A DNA stretch of 63,376 nucleotides, filler included, from Octopus bimaculoides (GCF_001194135.2; 4 parts of 4 records of this genome joined end to end with filler, not necessarily neighbours in it); one strand, 5' to 3'. Shown: positions 12,540 to 25,621, counted from the whole stretch's first letter. Translations and numbers: made by a program. The notes: generated by a model not told the origin, from the letters alone.

Positions 12540-12762
12540 CTCTCACCAAGGTCAGTGGCTATCGAACGCCGACGAAGGGAAATAACCCTGAAATCCGGAT
12601 CCGTTCGTGCTACAGATCATGGTGAGAGGGATAACTTCCCTTGGCAAACAGGACACAGTCGTGTGTCGATAAGCCAGCTGGAGGAGTTGTCCTCCTGGGG
12701 CTAAAAGCAACAGTAACATCCACCCCTAGGGGTCAGCCACACTTAAGTGGCAATATACTACA
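12540..12762 (+). mobile_element. Hammerhead-bearing non-coding element, family 1 copy A
   Basis: 12668-12755 aligns with 16008-16093 (GATAA.CCAGCTGGA.GAG..TCCTCCTGGGG.TAAA...AAGTGGC.ATA). Confidence 0.65.
12563..12607 (+). ncRNA. Minimal Type I hammerhead ribozyme (family 1), U4C core variant
   Basis: CGAACG-CCGACGA-AGGG(AAATAA)CCCT-GAAA-TCCGGA-TC-CGTTCG. Helix III is the palindrome ATCCGGAT, with an AUC site; outer helix CTCTCACCA/TGGTGAGAG (12540-12548/12620-12628). Confidence 0.78.
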
Positions 12763-13683
12763 CTTTATATNNNNNNNNNNNNNNNNNNNNNNNNNNNNNN
12801 NNNNNNNNNNNNNNNNNNNNNNNNNNNNNNNNNNNNNNNNNNNNNNNNNNNNNNNNNNNNNNNNNNNNNNNNNNNNNNNNNNNNNNNNNNNNNNNNNNNN
12901 NNNNNNNNNNNNNNNNNNNNNNNNNNNNNNNNNNNNNNNNNNNNNNNNNNNNNNTATATATATATATATATGTATATATATGTATGTATGTAAAGTAAAT
13001 TATAGTTAAACTCTTGCATTCTTTACTCAATGCACGCTTTTCATAATACACAATCTATAAGCAAATCTAATGGTAATATAATTGCACTTAACTCTTCAAA
13101 TTTAGATCTTTCGAAATGCCATCCTTACTGAAGGCCAAATGAAATACTCCAGTATAGAAAGAGAGAATTTGACTTTGTTTATCAACGAAAACATACCATA
13201 AATGTTGCTTCAATAATTTTGCAAATTATTATAATTCTTATTTAAAGGACAGTGATTTTAAGGTGAATACTTATTACATAAGCAGAAAAAAGAAACACAT
13301 CTCGACAAAGCTCAAGATTAGGAAGGGGAAAGTACTATGATATAAATCTCCTTTTAATTTAGGTATAAGTATTAGCATAGCACTTTTTGTTTTTAACTTG
13401 ATAGATATATATTTTCTAGAAACATGCAAGAGAATTTTCGACAGAAATTGTATTTAGGTCATCTTCTTCTTCACCGAGTGGTTCTCTAAATGTTAACTAA
13501 CAGAAATTTTTTAAATCCTACAATCTCAACAAATTCTAGCAATACTACAAAATGTAATTGGATTAGTACTTTTACGAGTTCTTTAAATGAAAATTGTACT
13601 GCCAGTTCCAGTATATGCTACACAAATCTGTGAACAAGCGATAATTCAACTTACGTCATTTAAACCATGGATACAATAAGCAC

Positions 13684-13903
13684 GGCGAGCTGGCAGAAAC
13701 GTTAGCACGCTGAGCGAAATGCTTAGCGGTATTTCGTCTGCCGTAACGTTCTGAGTTCAAATTCCGCTGAGGTCGACTTTGCCTATCATCCTTTCGGGGT
13801 TGATAAATTGAGTACCAGTTACTCACTGGAGTCGACTTAATCCCTTTGTCTGTCCTTGTTTGTCCCCTCTATGCTTAGCCCCTTGTGGGCAATAAAGAAA
13901 TAA
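13684..13903 (+). mobile_element. tRNA-derived SINE family A, full length
   Basis: GGCGAGCTGGCAGAAACGTTAGC head with A-box-like motif, B-box GAGTTCAAATTC, ends AATAAAGAAATAA; near-identical copies at 26952 and 43735. Confidence 0.9.
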
Positions 13904-14250
13904 CAATCTTTGATACTCCAGCCATAAAACCGAACACGACAGATTTTCAACTGTAATTCATTTTCGTATACTCAGCATTTTATACTTTATGATATAAGAA
14001 ATTAATCACGTGGTAAGAGCTTACAGTAAGCAGAGGGAGGTTTTTCAGCTTTACTCATCTTAAAAACAAAACACTCTCTGTTCCAAAATGAAAAGATTCT
14101 CAATGGTAAATCAGAAATAATTTCATTTTGCCGTCACAAGTGGTGGTTTATTTAAAAACATTTTCTTGACCGAATAAGTAATTTAAACAGAGGTATTAAA
14201 TCCTTTCCGTGCGTTTTCGTAGTGATTTGTTTTACTTCATTAATAATACT

Positions 14251-14472
14251 ATCTATCTATCTATCGATCTATCGATCGATCTAGCTAGCTAGCTAGCTAG
14301 CTATCTGTCTGTCAGCCTGTCTTGTTCCTCTGTCTGTCCGTCTGTTGTCAGTCTGTCTATTGACCGTCTATTTGATTCTATATCTATGTCTCTGTCTGTA
14401 TGTCTGTCTGTCTGTATGTCTGTCTGTCTGTCTGTCTGCCTGCCTCTCTCTCTCTCTCTCTATCTGTCTGCC

Positions 14473-14508
<36 letters not shown>
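14251..14508. repeat. (CTAT)/(CTAG)/(CTGT)n compound microsatellite
   Basis: Direct reading. Confidence 0.9.
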
Positions 14509-14510
<2 letters not shown>

Positions 14511-14695
14511 AGAAACTATGCATTTATCTATCTACCTATAAATTGTCCTCCTATCCACATATTTTACGTTAGAATCGAAAAATTTAAGTTAATATTTGAC
14601 AGCGAACATTAGATTTATTTAGATGTAGATGCAAAATTCAGTGCAGTGCCAAAATTGCTATTATCGGTGTAAGTATTATCAGCAAAATTTATTAT

Positions 14696-14698
<3 letters not shown>

Positions 14699-14757
<59 letters not shown>

Positions 14758-14946
14758 GTTGTTCTTGTTGAAGTTGTTGCTAGAGTTATGCACCTAACTC
14801 TTATTGATGTTACTTTTTAGTTTCGGATCGATCCTCAGCCGACGAACCTTTATTGAAACACATTCCAGCAATGTCCATCCCGTCTTTTCTTCTAAATGTT
14901 AGTGTCACATCATCCATGGTGTCCACGCTGCTTTAATGTAGTAGTG

Positions 14947-14997
<51 letters not shown>

Positions 14998-14998
14998 C

Positions 14999-15029
<31 letters not shown>
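14699..15029. repeat. (CTA)n and (GTA)n arrays in opposite orientation flanking a family X repeat fragment
   Basis: (CTA)n at 14699-14757 and (GTA)n at 14937-15029. Confidence 0.85.
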
Positions 15030-15344
15030 TATAATGATAGTGGCATATAGCAACATATTTATTAGAATCACCTTCAATATTGTATTGCTTCTCTAAAGGA
15101 GCCTCTTGAGGGTTGCTTGTCTTGCTAGATATAGCAGCAAAACTCTCACTAAAACCATACATTACTGTTGAAAGTTTGGAAGACATTGAATGATGCCGTT
15201 TTCAAAATAACACTACACCGTTTTATGAAAGGAAATATACATTGGATAATAGAATTTTATAATATCTTGTGTTGACGGACAAACTCATTGTTTGTTTTTT
15301 TTCCATTTATTTTAATCACATTAAGTGAAGTTGAAGGTGACAGT

Positions 15345-15650
15345 ATCATGACAGCAACGTATCTGTTGTACTTATTCCCTAGTGGATTGTCGTGGATCCT
15401 TGTGGATGAGTTCGTTCAATAAGCCATCAGCGAAAGAAATGCTCAGCTGGAACTAAGAGAATGTATGTGGTAGAATTCCCCACCCTTGAAGTATGAAGAC
15501 CATTTCTATGCAATTCTTTCAGTAATAGCCCCCTCTCCGTACTTAACACATGTGTCTCGAGAACGGCATTGTCCGTTTTGAAATCCTTGACTGAAAGCGA
15601 AGGCAAGCATATGTCAAAATACTCATCGGCTTCTATTTTGGCACTCCAGC
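15345..15650 (-). mobile_element. mariner transposase N-terminal (HTH) remnant
   Basis: Minus strand MLECQ..HMLAFAFSQG..RDTCVKYGEGAITERIA*KWSSYFKGGEF, matching the mariner N-terminus (IC.VYGE.A...R.A.KWF..FK.G.F). Confidence 0.65.
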
Positions 15651-15689
15651 ATCATATGCCCGAAGAGAGGTAAAATTTATTCAAATATT

Positions 15690-15948
15690 AGTGGCGATCA
15701 ACATTACTTCTCAGTACAGTTACTACTTTCATTTCTTATTGGAGATTTTCTAACCAACTACTTTGCTTGCTGGAAGATCAATGATGGGTTGTCATATATT
15801 TTTCTATATATTGCGAGCTGGAGAAGATTACTGCTATCTCTAGCAGACGGGTGTCCACCACATTGGATGAGAACAAATAGCTCGATACCGTACTACTTAT
15901 TGGTCACGTCGTCTGCTAGAAGATAGTAGGGGTTCGTTTCCCTCCTTG

Positions 15949-15993
<45 letters not shown>

Positions 15994-16195
15994 GTGCAAA
16001 TTGCATGGATAACCAGCTGGAAGAGGTTCCTCCTGGGGTTAAATACGGTAGTAACATTGATTCCTACGAAACAGCCATATTGAAGTGGCGATAAACATTA
16101 CTTCTTAGTATTGTTACTATTATAGAGATTTTCTAACTTCTACTATTATTTTCTAATCTCTTATAGAGATTTTCTAACTAGCCACTTAGCTTGAT
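15690..16195 (+). mobile_element. Family 1 copy B: direct repeats 394 nt apart enclosing a hairpin with a degenerate hammerhead
   Basis: AGTGGCGAT.AACATTACTTCT.AGTA at 15690 and 16084; GAGATTTTCTAAC repeated after both; stem CTGCTATCT-CTAGCAGACG/CGTCTGCTAG-A-AGATAGTAG (15831-15929) encloses GGATGA-GA..TC-GATA-CCGTAC. Confidence 0.62.
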
Positions 16196-16455
16196 AATGA
16201 AACAAAAATTTAGAGGAAGAACAAAACTACGCAATTCATAAAGCACTAGAATAAAAATTATTTTTCCTATGTTTAATTCATATAACATGGGAAAGAAACG
16301 AACGAATTTATCTTAGAGCCTAATATTATATAAAAAAAAATTGGCCGCTCCATGACCAAAGGTTAACTGGATGAGCATTGATCTGTTGTTGAACAATCAC
16401 AAGAACAATAAGAACATAAGCAACAACACAATAAGACCAAGATCAATAACCAGAG

Positions 16456-16672
16456 AATAATGGCTTCAAATTTTGGCATAGTGTAAGCAGGTTTGAGGGG
16501 AGGGGTAAGTCGATCACATCGACCTCAGTACTTGACTGGTACTAATTTTATTGAACTTGAAAGGATGAAAGCGAAGTCGATATCGGCAGAATTTGAACTC
16601 AGTACGGAAAGAGGGGCGAAATGGTGCTAAGCATTTTGTGTATCATGCTAACGATTCTGTCTGCTCACCACT
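16456..16672 (-). mobile_element. tRNA-derived SINE family A
   Basis: Reverse-complement B-box (GAATTTGAACTC) and family A body. Confidence 0.8.
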
Positions 16673-16773
16673 TTGATAACGTAACAATAATGGGAACAAT
16701 GAGAACAACAATGACAACAACAGTAATAACAAGATTAATTATAGCGGCAGCAATGATAATATCAGAAACTAGT

Positions 16774-17030
16774 GGATGCGCGTGGCCTAGTGGTTAGTGC
16801 GTTGGACTCATGATCGTAAGATGGTGGTTTCGATTTCTGGACCGGGCGACACGCGTTTCTGAAAAAAAAAACAAACACTTCACTTCACGTTGCTCCAGTC
16901 CACTCAGCTAGCAAAAGTGAATAATCCTGCGATGGACCGGCGTCTCGTCCTGGTGGGTAATTTATACACCATGGAAACCTGGAAACCAGTAACCCAGCCC
17001 TTATGAGCCAGTATGACTCGAGAAGGAAGG
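16774..17030 (+). mobile_element. tRNA-derived SINE family C
   Basis: tRNA-like head GCGCGTGGCCTAGTGGTTAG..GGTTTCGATTTC, then TTGCTCCAGTCCACTCAGCT..CCATGGAAAC..CCCTTATGAG; paralogue at 60731. Confidence 0.85.
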
Positions 17031-17045
17031 ACGGAATCAAAAAGC

Positions 17046-17225
17046 TTAGCATAAAGTAAAACAACAATAGTAACAACATCTTGAACAACAACAACAACAA
17101 CAAAACAACAATGATAACAGCGGCTGCAATAACATAACATCAGCATTGTCAACAGCCGTAGCAGGGACTGTAGCAACTGTAGCATCAACAACGGAAACAA
17201 CAACATCAGCAATAACAAAAATAAC

Positions 17226-17289
<64 letters not shown>

Positions 17290-17360
17290 CAGCAGCAGTA
17301 ATACCTCAATAACAACAACAACAACAACAACTACTGCTGCTGCTGCTGCTGCTGCTACTT

Positions 17361-17400
<40 letters not shown>

Positions 17401-18110
17401 AATAACTACCACAATAACAACAACAGCAATTACTTATGCAGCAACCACAACAAAATACAATAATGAACGTAACAGCTAACACAATAACAAGGAAAACAAC
17501 AACAACAACAACAATAATTGTCATAAAAGCTATAACTAGTACAGCAACTACAACCGCAAACACAACAAAAAAATGATCATAATAAAAAGAAAAACACAAT
17601 AGCAATAAGTAGCATCAACACCACCACCACAACAACAACAAAAAGAACCACCTGTACCACCACATGGATACTGTATCAACAGAATTAACAACAGTAACAG
17701 CAAGCATAGCGATCATCAAGGCCACAACATCAAAACGACAATGAAACAATAGTCAGAACCACCACCACCGCCACCTTCATAGCAATCACAGCATTAACAA
17801 TCACAATAATATCAACAACCACAACAAGAACAAGAACCACAGTCATAAAGACAAGGACAAGAAACACAATTACAACAAACACTACAGCAATAACCTTAAC
17901 CACAATGACTATTGCTACCTCCAACGCCACAGCTAGAACCAACAACAGCAATAGCAACAAAACAGGAACCTCAGCCATAAGCAACACAATAACAACAGAA
18001 AAAGCATCAATCATAAAAAAACCAGAGCAACAACAGCCAATATGAAAGCAATAACGTGATCATCAACAGCAGTCATCATCATCAGCAACAACAATAACAA
18101 TCATTGCTAT
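17046..18110. repeat. Long degenerate trinucleotide (CAA/CAG/CAT/CTA) low-complexity tract
   Basis: Direct reading; source of the spurious poly-V/L/M ORFs. Confidence 0.9.
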
Positions 18111-18594
18111 GTGGAATGTATTGTTAGTTTGCCACCATTATAGGTTGCTGCTGCTGCTTGCTTTAATCGAATGAAAGGCCAAGACAAACCTTTGCAAGAT
18201 TTGATCTCAGAACGAATTAAATTATTGATAAAATGTTAATAAAATAAAAAAAATTACTAAAATATTTATAATATACTGAATGAAATACAGCGAAATATAA
18301 AAATGATATAACAATAAAATAAAATAAAATCGAAGTATAAATAAATGTTATATTCGTAGACGAAAAAAAAAAAAAAATGGAAATTTAAATTAACCAAATA
18401 AATTATTTCAGTTTTCATATTCCGTATTTTTGTTAGTTTTTGTATAAATGAAATAATTTGAGAGGAAGGAATAAATGATAAACATCCATATATATATATA
18501 TATATATGCATTTATTTAAGTATGTGTATGTCTATGTATTGGTGCATTCATGTGCATATGCTGGTTTGTGTGTGTGTAGTTATGTATGTATATA

Positions 18595-18694
18595 NNNNNN
18601 NNNNNNNNNNNNNNNNNNNNNNNNNNNNNNNNNNNNNNTTAATTAATTAANNNNNNNNNNNNNNNNNNNNNNNNNNNNNNNNNNNNNNNNNNNN
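18595..18694. other. Artificial 100-bp assembly join: 44 N + TTAATTAATTAA + 44 N
   Basis: Identical structure at 36484-36583 and 61538-61637. Confidence 0.93.
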
Positions 18695-19224
18695 AATAAT
18701 AATAATAATAATTACATGGCCGTTTTGTGTTTTATTGAAAGTCAAGCAATGCTGCTACCAACCGTCGGTAACGATTGGTTTGTAAGTTGACTGATGTCGA
18801 TAGTAAAAGGTTTGTCTTCAGAAGGCAGATGTTGATTATTAAGATTGATAAATAGTTAATTCAGTACGTTAAGGCACCTTTGCCCTTCACGTTGCACCAA
18901 ACACATACACCCAGTCGTTATATATATAGATATATATATTTATATTCTTAACAAAGTCTCCTTTCCGTTTTCTTCACCTCTTTCTCTCTCTTTCTACCTC
19001 TTGTTCACTTGCTCTCTCTCTCTCTCTTCAAATGTTCTTGTTGTTGTTGGTGGTTTTTAGATTGTATTCTTTTTGTTTTTTTGTTTCTTTCTTTAGAGGT
19101 TCTTTTTGGTTCTTATGTATTGAGTCTTATACTAACCAGCACCAGATCTAAGAGCGGAAGAACGCGAACAGATGAACACTTCTTTGTTTCTGACCAACAG
19201 TCTATCATTAAATATTTGCCATTC

Positions 19225-19250
19225 AACCTATCTCTCTTTGTCTCTTTGTC

Positions 19251-19325
<75 letters not shown>

Positions 19326-19754
19326 ATCTTTCTCTCTTTCTAACTCTTTCCCTCGTTCTCTCTCTGTCTCTCTTTATCTATCGATCTATCTCTCTGTCTA
19401 CCTATCTATCTCTGTATCTATCTTGGAATATCTCTCTCTCTCTCTCTCTCTTTTTTTCTCACTGTTTCTTGATATATCTATCAACCTATATATTATTTAT
19501 CTCTCTCTTTCTCTCATTCTCTCTCTCTCTCTCTTATTCTCTCCCTCTCTCATTCTCTCTCTTTCTATCTCTCTCTCTCTCTCGCTTTACTTATTTATCT
19601 ATCAATTTATCTATCTCTGTACGCAAACCCTTAAACAGAATTCACCTGATATTGCTGCTTTCACATACATCATCATATACATACATTTATATTTTTCATA
19701 TATATGTATATATATTTATATACACATATACACATATATACATGTATGCATGTA

Positions 19755-19797
<43 letters not shown>
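19225..19797. repeat. (CT)n/(CTAT)n then (TA)n low-complexity tract before a gap
   Basis: Direct reading. Confidence 0.9.
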
Positions 19798-20639
19798 NNN
19801 NNNNNNNNNNNNNNNNNNNNNNNNNNNNNNNNNNNNNNNNNNNNNNNNNNNNNNNNNNNNNNNNNNNNNNNNNNNNNNNNNNNNNNNNNNNNNNNNNNNN
19901 NNNNNNNNNNNNNNNNNNNNNNNNNNNNNNNNNNNNNNNNNNNNNNNNNNNNNNNNNNNNNNNNNNNNNNNNNNNNNNNNNNNNNNNNNNNNNNNNNNNN
20001 NNNNNNNNNNNNNNNNNNNNNNNNNNNNNNNNNNNNNNNNNNNNNNNNNNNNNNNNNNNNNNNNNNNNNNNNNNNNNNNNNNNNNNNNNNNNNNNNNNNN
20101 NNNNNNNNNNNNNNNNNNNNNNNNNNNNNNNNNNNNNNNNNNNNNNNNNNNNNNNNNNNNNNNNNNNNNNNNNNNNNNNNNNNNNNNNNNNNNNNNNNNN
20201 NNNNNNNNNNNNNNNNNNNNNNNNNNNNNNNNNNNNNNNNNNNNNNNNNNNNNNNNNNNNNNNNNNNNNNNNNNNNNNNNNNNNNNNNNNNNNNNNNNNN
20301 NNNNNNNNNNNNNNNNNNNNNNNNNNNNNNNNNNNNNNNNNNNNNNNNNNNNNNNNNNNNNNNNNNNNNNNNNNNNNNNNNNNNNNNNNNNNNNNNNNNN
20401 NNNNNNNNNNNNNATGTATATTGTATATCAATAGTCTATATATATATACATATATACTTTTAGGCTTTGCTGTATTGGTTCATTGAAATTCGTTCTCACC
20501 ATTCCTATTTTTATAGCCTACATATGGTTGTCTAACTTTGACGTGATGGATGAATTGAGGGTTTGCTAGGCCATCTGCACGAAGATAGACGAACAGACAG
20601 CCATGTGCAAAGTCAGATAAATAGATGTCTTTATTTGTG

Positions 20640-20686
<47 letters not shown>

Positions 20687-20807
20687 ATCTGTGTGTAAAA
20701 AAAAGTTGTTACATTCGCACATATTCCACTTATATACATGCATACATATATACGTACATATATATATTTATATATATTCATAGACACACACACACACACA
20801 TATACAT

Positions 20808-20844
<37 letters not shown>

Positions 20845-20999
20845 CTTATGCACACACAAATATACTCTAAATGTAGCCCTGCACGTGGAATACCCGATAT
20901 ATACATAAGTATATACCTGCATATGTTATTCTATGTGTATGTGTGTGTAAGTCCATGTGTGTGTAAGTGTATGAGGCGTCGCGTGTGTTTGTGTGCATA

Positions 21000-21445
21000 A
21001 ACCTACCTATTCGTTCCGGTATGGATGATTACGAAGAATATTTTCTTCGTAATTATGAGGTCTCTAGTTCAAATACGCTGTATACCATCTTACCAAGTTT
21101 TTGTTTTTCTTACACATTGGCCTACATATTTTAACTCTCTGGCTTCCACTTTAGCGTCACTATACAACCGTATTTTCGATATTTCTCTGAGGACGTGTCC
21201 GCTGCATTTCCAGCGTCTGCATCATGTTTCATCACTAATTCTGTTGATGTCCGTTGTCGACTCAACCGCGTCATTTCGGACACTTTGCAGCCACTTCATG
21301 TCGAGTATTCTCCATAAGCATGTGGAGCGGAAACTGTCTGTTGATATTTCTTCCATTTTTGTCAGTTTCCAGTTTTCACATCCGTAGAGTAATACTGGTC
21401 GGACCAACATCTCGAACAGCTTCAGTTTCGTTTTGGGACCAATAC
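21000..21445 (-). mobile_element. RTE-clade LINE 3' end (post-RT region)
   Basis: Minus strand KLKLFEMLVRPVLLYGCENWKLTK..CLWRILDMKW..VRN..ISDE(T)..RWKCSGHVLR, the LLYG.E.W / C.RRIL.I.W / RW.W.GHV.R pattern of RTE elements. Confidence 0.85.
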
Positions 21446-22107
21446 CTTTGTTGACTGAACTGCAGTGACATAAAATGAAGGATTTTTGTTCAATGATATA
21501 AATCGCTGCACGGGAACCGAACCCACGATTTTAAAATCGTCAGCACAACATCTTTAACCTCCACGTAATAATCGATAAATCCGTTATTGAATCGTTATCA
21601 CATAATTATACCTAATAGTAATAAACATGAGTCAATTTATCGTCTTTTCTGCTATAATTTCTCCGTGATTCTAAATCAAAACACAAATATACCCATGTAC
21701 CAAATTAAAAACAAAAACGAAAAAAAAATACAGAAAAATATATAAAGTAATCAATAATATACATATATCGATTCATTCGTCTATATTCATTTCCGACAAG
21801 TATTGACCTTCTGCTTACTACATAACATGTCTACAATTTTGTAGTTTGGCGATTATATTACTATCGAAGAATTCTCTAAATATATATTTATAGCCTAAGG
21901 AGAAATAGAAATATTACTGAAGAACTTTTACGATTAATCATATATTGTTGTGAAACCCCGGGTCTGCTTTGATCGACCAGACAGACCTATGGCATGTGGG
22001 CAGTGAGTAGGAAGGTAGGGGGTAGGGACGTAGAGGTTAGGGAGGTAGGGGCAGAGAGGTAGGGGCAGAGAGGTCGGTGTAGGGAGGTAGAGGAAACAAC
22101 GATTAGG

Positions 22108-22735
22108 AAGTACCCATACATACATACATACATGCGACATACACATACATTCACACATACATGCGTATAGACACACCCATACACGCACACATACATACAT
22201 ACATACATACATGCACATACATAAACACGCATACATTCACACATACATACATACACGTGCACACATTCATACATACATACGTACGCACACATACATACAT
22301 GCATACATACATACATACATACATACATATACACATACATACATACATTCATACACACATATATACTTATACATACATGCATGCATACATACATACATAC
22401 ATACATACACACACATACATACACACGCATACATTCACACATACATACAAACATACACACGCACGTGTACACACATGCATACATACACTCATATACACAT
22501 AATTACATATACATACATGCATGCATGCATACATACATAAATGCACATATACATACACACGCATACATTCATACATACATACACACGCACGTGCACACAT
22601 ACATACATGCGTACACCCGCATACATTCGCACATATATACACACACACGTGCAAACATATATACATACCTACATACACACACATATATACATACATGCAT
22701 ACATACAAACGTACACAAAATACGTATATATACAT
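22108..22735. repeat. Long degenerate (CATA)n/(CA)n tract
   Basis: Direct reading. Confidence 0.93.
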
Positions 22736-23248
22736 CCCCCAACCAATCCAGATAAACACAGACTCCAAGACCTTTACCAACTTAAACAGTAGAACCTTGC
22801 CATTTTGCTGATGACAGACTTAAATTAGCAAAGGGAAAATTCTTAAATATATTCCAAAGAAGCACACATACAATCTAGAGCATAGAAAATTCAAAGCATT
22901 TTATTTACCTGAAAGAAATCCCAGTGTTTCATGTCATTCGCTCTGATTTATTGTCGAATTCCCCGCAATAGCACGAAATTTCAACTTCTTTCAATATTTT
23001 CTGCGAATTTTAATTTAAAAATTCTCATAATTGATTGTTTATATAAATCATTTTTGCTTTTAAATGAATTTAATTTAGAATATAATAGTGATAATTGGAG
23101 AAATTAATTGTCTTTGAGTGTAAGCTGGTGATTATTTTAACTGTAGAGTTAATGAATTTGATCTCTACATCTATATTCAATAGACAAAGCTATGAAAACT
23201 GAGTAGTATTCAATTGTATTTATTAAAATAATTATACATGGTGATTTT

Positions 23249-23298
<50 letters not shown>

Positions 23299-23755
23299 AG
23301 AGAATATATACAATGCATACCATACCGAATCCATTAATGTATTTCATATTACAATAAAATATGTCATTAAAATCAGCGTAATTCTGATACAGTTCTCAAA
23401 AGGTTTTAATTCGAATTTCACTAGAGTTTTTGTTGGGTCTCTTTTTTTTACGAATTTTCATTTTAACTACATGAAACTATGTAAATGTAAATACATTTAT
23501 GTTATATATATATGATATTATTATTTAAAAGAATAATTTTCAATGCGCTTGTTGATTAAGTTACTGTTATTGCCATTATTTTCAGTGATATACAGAATTA
23601 CGATTTACAAGTAACATTAGCCCAGAAAACATTACTTAAGTGTTTGTATAGCCTGGTACAGGAGAAAACCTGAGGAGTTGGGTGATTCCATGAAACACCG
23701 TACTGCGTAATATCAATCCTATCGTCTCCATTGTTCAGAGTGATTTAGTTAACTA

Positions 23756-23835
23756 CCGTATTCGATAGCGTATAAGATGCACATTTTCCCCAAAGATATA
23801 TATCAAAAAGTTGCCCGGGGCCCTGTATACGAAGC
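23756..23835 (+). mobile_element. pogo/Tc2-type MITE terminus fragment
   Basis: TA-CCGTATTCGATAGCGTATAAGATGCAC resembles the TIR of the MITE at 46190-46415. Confidence 0.45.
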
Positions 23836-23989
23836 TGGGTCTATATTACATGCTTTAATGTAATAATGTTTTTGTCTGAATACCATCAAATACAATAAGA
23901 AGAACTGTTTGAGTTCAGGCCGACTCTGAGATGAGGCCCCGCTTGCTAGAACAACTGATTACTTATGTTTTGCTCAAACCAAACCCAGG

Positions 23990-24930
23990 GCATGCCTTTT
24001 CCACTGGATATCACTCATGTTAGTATTTTCTTTACGATGAGTTAGGCCTAGTGACAACAAGAATCGCTTCACATAGTTTCCAATGAATCCTCTACATCCA
24101 AGTTCGATTGAATAATGTTCAGCTTTCCGACATGCGCCTCCACATTCCTCGAAATGTATTTATAACGGTCGATTTTCCGAGTCCGGACGACATCAATGTT
24201 ACCTTCATGAGGAACTGTTGACTAGATCTACTACTTTCCTTTTTCACATACGATATGATAATATCTGGGTTTTTTTGTAATTAGAATGGAGGAGAATCGT
24301 TGACAGCCTGGTAACATTGTTGAAAGGGATTCGAGGAAGAACCCAATACTAACTGAATATTCACGATAGAGCTCCCTTCTTTTGCACGTCATACCGTTGA
24401 AAACAACGAAGTAAAACATACGAAACATGTTTCGTTAACTTGTAGGCCTGAGTTTTTCTCAATATGTAGGACTTAATGAAAAACAAATTCAGCAACTGAA
24501 CATTTGCAGTATTTGTATGAAACCTGAGCCAGTATATTTCACATCATTGAATGCTGTTACGGAATTACAGGCCTTCTTATAAGGTTTCCTAACTTCAGCG
24601 TTGTTTGAACGCAGTCGTTTAACGAAAGACAAAGTATAGCTGTTGTGTATTTAAGATCTTGCAGAACCGTTTGTGTAGGTAGCTTTGTCAGCTGCGTCGC
24701 TGATCCTGTATACATTTTTTGGCTCTGGTGGGCAGAGATCACTCGTAGTTCACAAATAGGTTCCTATTGACAGCTTTCTTGTAAAAGTATGTATAGATAG
24801 AACCTTCTTCCGTAATCCTGAATAGGAAATCGAGCAGAGACAGGACTCCAGACACGATTGGGTGTTCAACTTCAAATACTGTACGAACATGCCAAAAGTA
24901 AATCGACGTCTCGTACCATTTTATCTGCAC
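23990..24930 (-). mobile_element. Penelope-like element remnant: RT C-terminus, thumb, linker and decayed GIY-YIG endonuclease
   Basis: Minus strand R-D-V-D-L-L-L (decayed YVDD region), FEVEHP..LSLLDFLFRITEEGSIYTYFYKKAVNRNLFVNYE*SLPTRAK, later YYHIVCEKGK**I*ST (Y.I.C..C...YIG.T-like). Confidence 0.72.
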
Positions 24931-25158
24931 AGACTCTAGTTATTAGTACGATGCCCAACCGGGCTGAATCATTAAAAACTGCATAAATCATATCAACTAA
25001 AATCACTAGATTAGGTATTTAAATACATCAAATGACACTATTTTGTCTTTACAAATATAAATCTTTTAAAAACGTGTCTATTTACTTTTGGGATGTCTTT
25101 GTATGTATGTGTACATATTCTTTTATTCTTTTATTCTTTTATTCTTTTATTCTTTTAT

Positions 25159-25587
25159 TTGTTTCACTCATTTAACGGCGACTATGCTACAGCACCGCCT
25201 TAAAAGGGTTTTAGTCGAAAAAGTCAACTCCAAGACATTTTCTTTGAAAGTTTAGTACTTATTTATATAGGTCACTTTTGCCGAATCACTAATTTATAGG
25301 GATGCAAACACACCAACATCGGTTGTGAAGCGACCGTGGGGAAACAAACACAGACACAAAGACACACACACTCAAGCACACAAAGACACATACACACACA
25401 CACACACACACCCACACACACACACACACACAAACATATATATACATATATATATATTCAGTTTCCGTCTACCAAATTCACTAACAAGGCTTTGGTCGGC
25501 CTGAGGTTTTAGTAGAAGACACTTGCCCAAGGTGTCACGCAGTGGGACTGAACCTGAAACCATGAGCTTGAGACTCAAGCTTCTTAC

Positions 25588-25592
<5 letters not shown>
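25159..25592 (-). mobile_element. SINE family B with internal (CA)/(TA) microsatellite
   Basis: GACACTTGCCCAAGGTG..CAGTGGGACTGAACC (reverse-complement B-box) and the shared family B tail; paralogues at 39951 and 61708. Confidence 0.88.

Positions 25593-25621
<29 letters not shown>

Noticed and set aside
14810-14840. Minus-strand CTGAGGA-TCGATCC-GAAA motif
   Set aside because: No helix I or II; it lies inside a family X repeat and is probably chance.
23670-23702. Hammerhead-like CTGAGGA-GTTGG..CCAT-GAAA-CACCGTA
   Set aside because: Helix II is poor and no helix I forms; it is also antisense to the neighbouring Penelope-like ORF.
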